From contig CAYOGD010000001.1 of assembly GCA_964403395.1 (NCBI GenBank), positions 1 through 54,853 of the forward strand: a stretch of DNA of 54,853 bases, written 5' to 3'. This document shows, one piece after another, positions 17,925-26,637 of this stretch; positions within the stretch are counted from its first letter, which is position 1; the number at the start of each line of letters is the position of its first letter. The notes beneath the pieces were generated by a model that saw only the letters and a program-made list of their open reading frames with translations, was not told the DNA's origin and did no database searches. Made by a program: the position numbers and the translations under genes. The DNA is from an uncultured Alkaliphilus sp. (lineage in GTDB: Bacteria; Bacillota; Clostridia; Peptostreptococcales; Natronincolaceae).

Positions 17925-18711
17925 GCTCGAAAACATTCATAAAACCTTTAACATTGATTCTATAAACGAAAAGAAGGCACTCTATGGTATAGATCTCAGA
18001 TTAGCAGAGGGGGACTTTGTTACTGTTGTCGGTGGTAACGGCGCCGGCAAATCTACAATGTTGAATGCAATTGCCGGTATCTGGCCTATCGACGAGGGCT
18101 CTGTTTCTATCGACGGTATCGATGTGACAGCCTTACCGGAGCATAAACGTGCCCAATATATAGGCCGCGTTTTTCAGGATCCCATGATGGGGACCGCCGC
18201 AAGCATGAGTATTGAAGAAAATTTAGCACTTGCGCTGCGCCGGGGTGACAGGCGCACCCTTCGTTGGTATATAACTAAAGCAGAACGCGAACGCTATTAT
18301 ATGGAGTTAAAAAAATTGGGGTTGGGACTTGAAGAACGTTTAACCGTTAAAGTCGGGCTATTGTCCGGAGGGCAACGTCAGGCACTTACGCTTCTGATGG
18401 CTACATTGAAGAAACCTAAGCTCCTGCTTCTTGACGAACATGCGGCTGCACTTGATCCTGCTACGGCTACAACAGTCCTGAGCTTGACCAACAATATTGT
18501 TTCGGAGAACAAACTTACGGTCCTGATGATCACTCATAATATGACCGAAGCGATACGCCATGGGAACCGGCTCCTGATGATGGATGGGGGCAAAATTATT
18601 TTGGATATCTCGGGGAAGGAAAAGAAGGAACTCAAGATAACCGATTTGCTCCAAAGATTTAAGGAATCCTCAGGTGTGCAAATGGAAACGGATTCAGTGC
18701 TTTTATCCTAA
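17917..18711 (+). CDS. ABC transporter ATP-binding protein
   Basis: Walker A GGNGAGKST, signature LSGGQRQ, Walker B LLLLDEH. ATG 17917 follows AGGAGGG. The track start at 17830 lies inside the permease gene. Confidence 0.9.
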   Translation: MLRLENIHKTFNIDSINEKKALYGIDLRLAEGDFVTVVGGNGAGKSTMLNAIAGIWPIDEGSVSIDGIDVTALPEHKRAQYIGRVFQDPMMGTAASMSIEENLALALRRGDRRTLRWYITKAERERYYMELKKLGLGLEERLTVKVGLLSGGQRQALTLLMATLKKPKLLLLDEHAAALDPATATTVLSLTNNIVSENKLTVLMITHNMTEAIRHGNRLLMMDGGKIILDISGKEKKELKITDLLQRFKESSGVQMETDSVLLS

Positions 18712-18814
18712 AAATTCTATAATGGATTAAAATGTCAACCGGATAGATATTATTACTTTATTAAAATAAGATGGAAAATTGGAGACATCTATTACCACAA
18801 ATAAAAATAGGATT

Positions 18815-18840
18815 CTTGAAATCATATGAATGATTTCAAG
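18815..18840. terminator. Perfect 11-bp-stem hairpin between the convergent ABC and two-component operons
   Basis: CTTGAAATCAT, loop ATGA, ATGATTTCAAG. A T-rich tract follows on the minus strand (reverse complement AATCCTATTTTTATTTG). Confidence 0.6.
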
Positions 18841-18903
18841 GCTCCTATTATACTTTATTCTTCTTTCTTTTTTATTAGTAGGACAGGTACCCTTTATTAG
18901 CAT

Positions 18904-19503
18904 TTATCCATTCGCAATCAAACCGTAACGCAAACCGTAAGCCACCAGCTGCGCACGGCTTTTAAGCCCCGTTTCCGCATACATACGAGAAATATAAAGC
19001 CGTACGGTACCTGTAGTTAAAAAGAGCTCTGAAGCTATTTCACTTGAGGTTTTTCCAAGTGCAAGCAAACGTAATATATTGATATCCGCATCCGAAAATT
19101 TTACCGGCAGAGAATCTGAACGGAGCTTCGGGAAAATACGATAGGGCATCTTTGCATTCATAATGAATCCTATAAGTTCGTCTAAGGAAAGATTTTTCCA
19201 TACAAAAATATCGGCACCGGCTTTTTCCGCGGCCCTTACCAGACCATCATCCTCAATTCCGGTCATGATAAATACTTTTATATCCGGAAAGACCTGCTTC
19301 AATTTTACTGTCCAGTCGATACCGTTGCCGTCCTTTGTGAAAATGTCCATCAGCACCACATCGGGATTATATTTTTTACAAAGGTCTATCACGTCTTTAG
19401 CTTTATCCGAATATCCCACAAGTTCAATATCACAGGTCTGTTCAAGCGCTTTGATAAGTGTGCTTCTAAGAAGGTTTTGGTCTTCAATCAATATTACCCG
19501 CAT
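18904..19503 (-). CDS. Response regulator, REC plus LuxR/NarL-type HTH
   Basis: The REC domain has the acidic pocket and VVLMDIF. The C-terminus reads LLALGKTSSEIASELFLTTGTVRLYISRMYAETGLKSRAQLV. Confidence 0.9.
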   Translation of the reverse strand: MRVILIEDQNLLRSTLIKALEQTCDIELVGYSDKAKDVIDLCKKYNPDVVLMDIFTKDGNGIDWTVKLKQVFPDIKVFIMTGIEDDGLVRAAEKAGADIFVWKNLSLDELIGFIMNAKMPYRIFPKLRSDSLPVKFSDADINILRLLALGKTSSEIASELFLTTGTVRLYISRMYAETGLKSRAQLVAYGLRYGLIANG

Positions 19504-20978
19504 TGTATTAACATCTCCTTATCTATGTTAGTATCTCTTGAAAAAGAAACCTTGATTTCAAAAAAATCGGTTTTTTTATACCGGACTGTCCCTCCCGCAC
19601 CTTGTACTCGAATTCTGATATCACGAAGGCCCTGACCCTCAGCAAAGTCCGTTTCGTCATCAAAACAATGATTTTTGATTAAAACGCCTGCTTCTTTATT
19701 GTTTTCATAAAATTCGATAAAAATATGACGGGCATATGCATGACGTACTGCGTTTGCCAGCGCCTCCCGGAAAGTAGCATATAGGGCCTTCTGTTCTTTC
19801 TTCGTAAAAACTGCATTGCCGCGAATCCGGATTTTTACACCGAGCCGTTTATACATACTGGTAAATTCTTTTAATGTGTCATCTAAATCATAAAATATTT
19901 GCTCTGTCCGGACTTTATCGGGAATTTTTAGTATTTCTGTAATTTCTTTAATAGTATTTTGATTGTTATGCCGGTTATCGGAATTAAGCAGTATATCTAT
20001 AGATAGGCCTGCCACGGCCAGACGTTGAGACCAGTAGTCATGGGCAGCGCGGCATAGACGTTGTCGCTCATTTATCCTTTCTTCAAATTCTATTTCGGAT
20101 ATGACAGCCCCCAGTTCTTTGTTGTTTTGTGTCAGTTTTTCATTATCTCGTTCAAGCTTTAGGGAAGTGTGCGCTAATTTTGTTACATCTGAGAGAGACA
20201 TCTGTATAAATGTTTTACCGCCTGTTTTGAAACTGTTTTGCTGTAGGAAATATACGAAATTACGAGTATGAATGGATCTGCCGTCTTCTAGATTGTTTAT
20301 TTTCAGCAGATTGGAATCACACAGTGTTTTTAATTTTTTGTTAAGTTCGTCAATATGTTCGAATCTGCTCACACCTAATTCTTCACATAGGCTATAGAAC
20401 GCAGGGTTTGTCTCAAGAATATGCCCTCGTCTGTTGGCAACGCATATACCGTGATCCATGCTGCGTATAACATGAAGCATTGTGTGAGAGGTTATTTCTG
20501 CTTGGGCATAGGCCCTCATGGATAAAAGCATCTGTATTGCATCAAACATCAGCCAGACTGCAGCGAAGACAGCAAAAAAAACAGGTAGAGGCATAACTAT
20601 TCTATCAACAGGAGGGAGACGGAGCAACGGGACGAAGATGCTCATGACTGATGGATTAAGCCGGACCGGCAGTTTTATGGGGCGTCCTATATAAAACAGT
20701 AAAAGCAGTGCGGGAAATATCGATATCCAGCGAAACAACGTCGGTATGGATAAAAAGACGCATCCCTCAATGGAAGCCATGGCAGTAAGACCCTCTAGGG
20801 ATAAAACTGCAGATATTGCGGCTAATGATCCATATAATGCGCGAATAAATGAAATAGTAATTCTATCATGAAGAAGTCTACCTGCTTCAATAGCAATCAA
20901 TGTTTGAAAAATAGTTGTTATAAGTAAGATAATAAAGACTGTTGACCCTGTGGTTACTGATACATAATACCAAATCAT
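19494..20978 (-). CDS. Membrane sensor histidine kinase (HisKA_3/NarL-class)
   Basis: Several N-terminal TM helices. The H-box is ERQRLCRAAHDYWSQRL. The N-box-like segment is EALANAVRHA, and the G-box-like segment is GQGLRDIRIRV. It overlaps the RR start by 10 nt and the upstream gene by 4 nt (ATGA). Confidence 0.85.
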   Translation of the reverse strand: MIWYYVSVTTGSTVFIILLITTIFQTLIAIEAGRLLHDRITISFIRALYGSLAAISAVLSLEGLTAMASIEGCVFLSIPTLFRWISIFPALLLLFYIGRPIKLPVRLNPSVMSIFVPLLRLPPVDRIVMPLPVFFAVFAAVWLMFDAIQMLLSMRAYAQAEITSHTMLHVIRSMDHGICVANRRGHILETNPAFYSLCEELGVSRFEHIDELNKKLKTLCDSNLLKINNLEDGRSIHTRNFVYFLQQNSFKTGGKTFIQMSLSDVTKLAHTSLKLERDNEKLTQNNKELGAVISEIEFEERINERQRLCRAAHDYWSQRLAVAGLSIDILLNSDNRHNNQNTIKEITEILKIPDKVRTEQIFYDLDDTLKEFTSMYKRLGVKIRIRGNAVFTKKEQKALYATFREALANAVRHAYARHIFIEFYENNKEAGVLIKNHCFDDETDFAEGQGLRDIRIRVQGAGGTVRYKKTDFFEIKVSFSRDTNIDKEMLIQCG

Positions 20979-23485
20979 TTTTTCACCTCTTCATTAGGAA
21001 AAAGAAAACGCATCATAATACCGTCTTTTTCAGATTTTTGATAAATTTGACCATTTTGTTCTTTAATTTTATCGATGAGGTGTCCTGGTAGTATGTTTTT
21101 TTCTGTCGGCGGGGTAGCCCCCTCCCAAGAAAATAGGGCATTGAATGAAAGCTCAATATTGTTGGCCTCCAGGCGGCAGATAACAGATAAACCGGGCAAG
21201 TCAAAAATATATAATAATATGCTGTCAATGGTCTCTAGAAGTACTTCAATAATACAGGGATGACAAAATCCGCCGTGAGCAGCTGTTATAACACTGTCCA
21301 AACCAAATCTCCAGCCATCTTTCATTATTCCTGAAATATATCTTTCAATCAATTCTAATGGAAGAAGAGGATGGACTTCAAGACTTCGGATAATAAAACC
21401 CAGGCGTTGTTGACAGATGCAAAGAATGAAACGGATTAAACGTAAACGTGCAATATCTTTTTCATTGGGAGTCTCAGAAATCTGTTGCAGTTGCCATCGC
21501 ACATCCTCCAGTTTTTCTTTGAATAGAAGATCCATTTGGGTGGAATATCGTTCTTGTTCCAGCTTATTAGTTAAATTGCGAGTCTTCTCCATATGATGAA
21601 TGAGAAATTTTTGTACGGATTTCAGTTTTCGGTGGGTTTCTTTAAGTGACTTTTCAAGTTGTTTGAGATAGGTGATGTCTTCCAGCACCAGGGCTTTACC
21701 TGTATCTAACGTATACGTGTGGGACTTGAATATTTGTTTTCCAAATGGAATTTCCGCGGTCCAATGTAGGGCCTGATTGTAACTTGAGAGTATGATATTC
21801 TTTTTCTGCAGTACTTTCATTGCAGTATTGGCATATACTGTCCGGCCACTGGCGTTATAAACAGTGATTGCATAGGGGGAGCTATTAAATATGGGCAGGT
21901 CTAATAATGAAGCCCCCATAAAGCGTTCCCGCTGGGCTGCAAAATTAAAAATGAGGAAAGAAATAGCTATGGTTGTAGGGATATCTAAATCAATTATTTG
22001 CTCTATGCCGGTGACATAAAGAGTTTGATATATTAATAGTATCAAAAATAAAATAGTTGCATAGAGCATCTGCCGTCTTTGTCTGCGAGTTTTTGTCTTG
22101 TAAATGAGCAGAATTAATCCTGCAACGCTCAAGGAAAATGACCACAGCACGGATATATAGTACCCCGGTCCGTTAATATAACTGCGGGTCCATGACCAGG
22201 GATCAGTATCTCTGTAAGCAAAAACCAGCTGATGGAGATCGTTTGTAAAAACAAGGGCAGTCAACAGGATTGATAAGAAAATCAACATCATTATATTATT
22301 ACGAGCAGGGGGGCGGTTATATCGGTTTGTGTAGCACATACAAAACCAACAAACCGGGAGTAGATGGCGGGGTATGTAAGTGGCGAACCAAAAATATCTT
22401 GATAATCCGGGCTCCAGTGCCAGAGTTTTTGCAATGCCTATAAGCATCCACAACGATACAAAAAATATGCTGTAAGAACTCGTTTTACGGTATATACCGC
22501 GGGGAATTCGCCTCAAAATCTTTTGGGCTGCTATACAAAACAAGAATAAGGTAATACTTTGCAGCAATAATCGCTCCTGTACCGATGCCGGGCTATAAAG
22601 CTTTGTTGCCAAAACCTTTCGGCGAAAATACGGATTATAAGTAAGCTTTGATTGTTCCCAAACGGACAGGTCCGCTTCACCGACAAATGGCGAAAAACCT
22701 GCGCTCAGGAGGGTTTGCCGGCCTTGTTTCGACAATAGAAACTCTTTTATAGCCAAAAAATCTTCCTGTGTTTTTGTATTTCCCCCACTGATGAGACCCC
22801 AATCCACCGATAAAGTTCCTTCTTGCGGAACGATTATTTTCCAGTGGTCGGAGATTTGTGCCAATGTAGCCGCCTGATAGTCCCATAGGAGTATTGCATC
22901 ATATTTCAGCATATTTTCTAAAGGAACCATATTTCGATAATCACGGGATTTGTATTCGTCTTGATGGTTCAGACGGCCAGAGGATTGCAGGTGTGCAAAG
23001 GCTTTAATTGCGGGCGTAAAATCCCCCTCTGTTGCATGTAAACCCCGTGCCAAGGCAATAGCTGCTAAACGCCCGCTTTCTATTGCGGGACAGGGGATCA
23101 ATATAACAGCCTCGCTTTCCAGTAATGTCTGCCAGCCGTCTATGTATTTGGCGGAATTGTAGTTTTGGTTTACGGCTATCACCATCGTTACGGTAGAAAG
23201 TGGTATGTAATCCATAGAAGCGGATTGTTTTTGATAGTGCCGGATCTGGGGGCCAAGAACAAAGGCCATCCCGTTTAATCCGGGGAGACGGTGTCCCAGC
23301 AGATATGGGTTGAGTTGTTGAACTTTATTTGCTGCAAAAGGTTTAAGGATTTCCGGCATGGGGTTCAATGGATCTTGTACAAGCAAAACTTTGCTGTTAT
23401 TTGCATGGTATATGGGAAAAAATATGGCCAATAATGCAATTCCGGTGGCTAAGCACAGGCGTATGAATATACTTATAGATTTCAT
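20975..23485 (-). CDS. Multidomain membrane sensor: solute-binding-like extracytoplasmic domain, multi-TM (7TM-like) region, PAS-like segment and a degenerate kinase-like C-terminus
   Basis: Signal/anchor MKSISIFIRLCLATGIALLAIFF, about 300 aa of soluble domain, then about 7 hydrophobic helices. A PAS-like segment follows (SPYAITVYNASGRTVYANTAMK). The coiled coil EQERYSTQMDLLF sits where an H-box would be, with no His. I found no N, G1 or G2 boxes. Start set at ATG 23485, after GGGAGG. Confidence 0.7.
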   Translation of the reverse strand: MKSISIFIRLCLATGIALLAIFFPIYHANNSKVLLVQDPLNPMPEILKPFAANKVQQLNPYLLGHRLPGLNGMAFVLGPQIRHYQKQSASMDYIPLSTVTMVIAVNQNYNSAKYIDGWQTLLESEAVILIPCPAIESGRLAAIALARGLHATEGDFTPAIKAFAHLQSSGRLNHQDEYKSRDYRNMVPLENMLKYDAILLWDYQAATLAQISDHWKIIVPQEGTLSVDWGLISGGNTKTQEDFLAIKEFLLSKQGRQTLLSAGFSPFVGEADLSVWEQSKLTYNPYFRRKVLATKLYSPASVQERLLLQSITLFLFCIAAQKILRRIPRGIYRKTSSYSIFFVSLWMLIGIAKTLALEPGLSRYFWFATYIPRHLLPVCWFCMCYTNRYNRPPARNNIMMLIFLSILLTALVFTNDLHQLVFAYRDTDPWSWTRSYINGPGYYISVLWSFSLSVAGLILLIYKTKTRRQRRQMLYATILFLILLIYQTLYVTGIEQIIDLDIPTTIAISFLIFNFAAQRERFMGASLLDLPIFNSSPYAITVYNASGRTVYANTAMKVLQKKNIILSSYNQALHWTAEIPFGKQIFKSHTYTLDTGKALVLEDITYLKQLEKSLKETHRKLKSVQKFLIHHMEKTRNLTNKLEQERYSTQMDLLFKEKLEDVRWQLQQISETPNEKDIARLRLIRFILCICQQRLGFIIRSLEVHPLLPLELIERYISGIMKDGWRFGLDSVITAAHGGFCHPCIIEVLLETIDSILLYIFDLPGLSVICRLEANNIELSFNALFSWEGATPPTEKNILPGHLIDKIKEQNGQIYQKSEKDGIMMRFLFPNEEVKK

Positions 23486-23571
23486 ATCGGAAACCTCCCA
23501 TAGGGACAATTTCAACCTTATATAAATGTCTGAAACAGATGTAAGATCCTTAAGAATAATAAGAAAAAATT

Positions 23572-23604
23572 AAGTCGAAGACGATTTTTTTTCGTCCTCG
23601 ACTT
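23572..23604 (-). terminator. Terminator downstream of tRNA-Ala (minus strand)
   Basis: AAGTCGAAGACGA and TCGTCCTCGACTT form a stem with one mismatch. On the minus strand a T-rich tract follows. Confidence 0.55.
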
Positions 23605-23614
23605 GATGTCCGGA

Positions 23615-23690
23615 TGGTGGAGACGAGGGGATTCGAACCCCTGACCTCTTGACTGCCAGTCAAACATTCTCCCAACTGAACTACGCCCCC
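23615..23690 (-). tRNA. tRNA-Ala (anticodon GGC), CCA encoded
   Basis: The reverse complement is GGGGGCGTAGTTCAGTTGGGAGAATGTTTGACTGGCAGTCAAGAGGTCAGGGGTTCGAATCCCCTCGTCTCCACCA. The G3:U70 identity pair is present and the anticodon loop is CTGGCAG. Confidence 0.95.
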
Positions 23691-23702
23691 ATACCTATAG
23701 TT

Positions 23703-23731
23703 ATAATACTATGTTACGAATACTATGTCAA
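23703..23731 (-). promoter_or_regulatory. Sigma-A promoter for tRNA-Ala
   Basis: On the minus strand: TTGACA (23731-23726), a 17-nt spacer, then TATTAT (23708-23703), ending about 12 nt before the tRNA 5' end. Confidence 0.6.
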
Positions 23732-23882
23732 TGGCTAAAATAAATGTGGCACTTTCACATAATAATTGGTTTATAATCCGAGAAATTTTAATTAAGCATC
23801 AGGTGTTGATGTAATATATTTGGATATATATACGAAATATTCGAACAGTTATGAAAATATAAAGAAAAATTGGAAATAAATG

Positions 23883-23911
23883 TTGAAAAAATTTGAGCAA
23901 ATGTTTATAAT
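23883..23911 (+). promoter_or_regulatory. Sigma-A promoter upstream of the small ORF and ftsH paralog
   Basis: TTGAAA (23883-23888), a 17-nt spacer, then TATAAT (23906-23911). Confidence 0.55.
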
Positions 23912-24048
23912 AGGTATATAGATGTATATATATACATAAATCAGTTATAGATACGGTGATTTTCTAATAAAGGGCAATATATTTTAATCGCGGCATTTAT
24001 TTCTTTAATTAAAACATAAAATTTATTTAACACAGGAAAGTACATAAA

Positions 24049-24276
24049 ATGGACGGAGGGAAAAAATTGCAGCTTTATAAGAAAGTAGACGAGGAAAGAT
24101 TTGAAAATATTGAAAATCAGCTGGAGAAATTATCCATACAGATAATAACTATCTTAAAAGAATGTAAAGAAAAGGGAGTAATTGAAGAAAGCGAATATGA
24201 GGAACATACTAAATGTAAGGAAGATTTTTTAACCTACTTAGATAATAAAAGGAAAGAGGCAGATGCAGCAGAGTGA
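24049..24276 (+). CDS. Hypothetical small acidic coiled-coil protein (75 aa)
   Basis: An ORF only, with a charged helical composition. I recognised no motif. Confidence 0.45.
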   Translation: MDGGKKLQLYKKVDEERFENIENQLEKLSIQIITILKECKEKGVIEESEYEEHTKCKEDFLTYLDNKRKEADAAE

Positions 24277-24297
24277 GCATAAGGCCGAATTTATAAT

Positions 24298-24337
24298 GGG
24301 ATACCGATCTAACGGGTTGCCGGTAGATCGGTATCCC
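24298..24337 (+). terminator. Strong 14-bp-stem hairpin after the small ORF
   Basis: GGGATACCGATCTA (24298-24311) pairs with TAGATCGGTATCCC (24324-24337). Only a weak T tract follows (TGTTTAAATATTT). Confidence 0.55.
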
Positions 24338-24487
24338 TGTTTAAATATTTATAGACATTTAAAGCATCTAAAGGTTGATTATGGTAAAGTGTCTTTAAGC
24401 TTTACACGGTATTGATGTTATGTTAATATATTAAGTAAACCACCCTACATATTAAATTTAAATTTAGAAATTAAAGGGGTTTTTTTT

Positions 24488-26275
24488 ATGTTAAAAATAA
24501 AAATTAGCAAAAAAAATAGAAGGAACTTGGTGGTTATTATCTTAATATCAATTGTGGCGCTGATCGCTTCATTGATTACTTATAATGTGAAGTTTAAAAA
24601 ACCTATATGTGAGATCTCCTATGTGGAATTTTTAGAAAAAGTCAATAACAATCAAATTAAATCCATATATATATCGGATTCTGCCCAATTAAAAGGAGAG
24701 TTTAATGACAGGCAACAGTTTAAAACAGATAATCCGAGGATAGACGGTTTTAAAGAAAGTATGTTAACAAAAAATATAGAGGTAAAGGAAGTAAGCGGGC
24801 AGTATTCTATCGGACAGATTATTTTTACTATTGTGATAATTGGCAGTTTTGCAGGCATAATGATTTATTTATCAAAAAATGGTTCGCAACAAGCTTCTAA
24901 AGAATATGATAAGATGTCAAGCATAGAATTTTCAACACAAAGCGATTCCAATATAAAATTTAGTAATATAGCGGGTAATGAAGAGGCGAAGGAGAATATC
25001 ATGGAACTTGTGGATTTTATAAAAAATCCACAGAAGTATAAGAAATATGGGGCCAGGATGCCAAAAGGGATAATTTTGTACGGACCCCCCGGAACAGGTA
25101 AAACTCTCATGGCAAAGGCCTTAGCCGGGGAAGCAGGGGTAGATTTTTTAGCGGTGTCGGGTTCTGATTTTGTACAAGTATATGCAGGGCTTGGGGCCGG
25201 CAGGATAAGAACATTATTCAAAAAAGCTAAGGAAAAAGGAAAATGTGTTATATTTATAGATGAAATAGACGCCATAGGTAAAAAAAGGAATCGTGGTCCC
25301 GGTAGTAGCGATGAATCTGACAGAACCTTAAATGCTCTTCTGACAGAAATGTCGGGTTTTAAAGGAAACGAAGGCATTGTTGTCATAGCGGCTACTAATA
25401 GATTAGATATATTAGATGAAGCACTTTTAAGATCCGGAAGATTTGATAGACAAATCGAAATCGGGTTACCGGATTTAAAAGCCAGATATGAAATCTTAGA
25501 ATTGTATAGCAGAGATAGGCCGATTGCTGCTGATGTTGACTTAGAGCATATAGCAGAGCAGACAGTATATTTTAGCGGGGCAAAACTGGAAAGCCTTATG
25601 AATGAGGCCGCAATTAATGCGGCTAGAGAAAATGCGGAATCCATTTCTAACTTCCACATTGATAAGGCATTTTACACTGTGATTGCAGGAGATGAAAAAA
25701 AGGATAGGAGTAATATAAGAAACATAGACAGAAAGATTACTGCTTATCATGAGGCAGGACATGCCGTTGTCACCAAATTGCTCTGTCCCGAAAACAAGGT
25801 TACAAAGATAACTATTATTCCGAGTACAAAGGGTGTTGGAGGATTCAGTATGAATATACCTCCGGATAAAATGTACAGAACTAAAAAAGAAATGATAAAT
25901 AATATTAAAATTGCACTGGCGGGTAGAATCGTAGAGGAGTTGACATTTGGCAAGGATAATGTCACCACCGGTGCAAGCAATGACATTCAAAAGGCGACAG
26001 AATTATTAGTTGCTATGATTAAACAGTTTGGTATGAGCGAGGAAATCGGTATGATTAATTATGATATACTGTATGGGCATCAAGGTATAACAGGTGACAA
26101 GTTGGTCAAAATCAGCAGAGAGAAAATGCGAAATTTATATGATGAAACTAAAATACTTATAGAAAAAAATCTGGGATTGATTGGTTTAATAGCCAAAAAA
26201 CTCTTAGATAAAGAAACATTAAATGAAGAAGAAATTGACAGATGTATTGCAGAATACAGAGAAAAAGAGTGTTAA
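24488..26275 (+). CDS. ftsH: ATP-dependent zinc metalloprotease FtsH (probable paralog)
   Basis: Two TM helices, AAA+ Walker A GPPGTGKT, Walker B IFIDEIDA, SRH TNRLDILDEALLRSGRFDR, and the Zn-binding motif HEAGHA. Confidence 0.9.
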   Translation: MLKIKISKKNRRNLVVIILISIVALIASLITYNVKFKKPICEISYVEFLEKVNNNQIKSIYISDSAQLKGEFNDRQQFKTDNPRIDGFKESMLTKNIEVKEVSGQYSIGQIIFTIVIIGSFAGIMIYLSKNGSQQASKEYDKMSSIEFSTQSDSNIKFSNIAGNEEAKENIMELVDFIKNPQKYKKYGARMPKGIILYGPPGTGKTLMAKALAGEAGVDFLAVSGSDFVQVYAGLGAGRIRTLFKKAKEKGKCVIFIDEIDAIGKKRNRGPGSSDESDRTLNALLTEMSGFKGNEGIVVIAATNRLDILDEALLRSGRFDRQIEIGLPDLKARYEILELYSRDRPIAADVDLEHIAEQTVYFSGAKLESLMNEAAINAARENAESISNFHIDKAFYTVIAGDEKKDRSNIRNIDRKITAYHEAGHAVVTKLLCPENKVTKITIIPSTKGVGGFSMNIPPDKMYRTKKEMINNIKIALAGRIVEELTFGKDNVTTGASNDIQKATELLVAMIKQFGMSEEIGMINYDILYGHQGITGDKLVKISREKMRNLYDETKILIEKNLGLIGLIAKKLLDKETLNEEEIDRCIAEYREKEC

Positions 26276-26335
26276 TAAGCTTTATAGGCAAAAATTTCAC
26301 TTTATAAAAATAGGATTTTAGTGTATAATATATAT

Positions 26336-26567
26336 AAGAAAATATGAATATAAAAAAATTCTGAGATGTTCGTAAGACCTATTAAAATTCAACCTACAAT
26401 ATACATCCGGGAGATTATATTTTTATTTGGACGAAAAGCCATCTCTGAGTGGACTTCGAAAGAATAAAATGTGTCACCCACCTAAAAGAGAGGCTAGGAT
26501 GTGAATTTTACGGTTAACGGCATCTTGGATTTATTTTACGGATCTTCCAATATTGGAAGATTTTTTT
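26336..26567 (+). ncRNA. Candidate structured sRNA of about 230 nt with a rod-like fold (6S-RNA-like); identity unconfirmed
   Basis: Extended -10 TGTATAAT (26322-26329). Strong terminator ATCTTCCA with TGGAAGAT plus T7 (26541-26567). No ORF with an RBS. Long-range pairings: TCTGAGATG (26360-26368) with CATCTTGGA (26521-26529), and TAAAATTCA (26383-26391) with TGAATTTTA (26502-26510). The locus sits between convergent genes. Confidence 0.4.
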
Positions 26568-26637
26568 AAGGAAATAGAAGAAAATTAACCGATATAATTC
26601 ATATATTCCCGGGGAAATGTTCAAAAATTTACGCCGG

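Noticed and set aside
24865-25659. Long antisense ORFs: 264 aa opposite ftsH, and similarly 10121..10759 opposite selB, 51078..51581 opposite moaA, and 6907..7350.
   Set aside because: They are Ser/Ile/Leu-rich shadows of strongly supported sense-strand genes. They lack RBSs and motifs.
26336-26460. Possible small peptide gene (MFVRPIKIQPTIYIREIIFLFGRKAISEWTSKE) inside the sRNA candidate.
   Set aside because: No Shine-Dalgarno sequence lies upstream of its ATG. The region is better explained by long-range RNA pairing.
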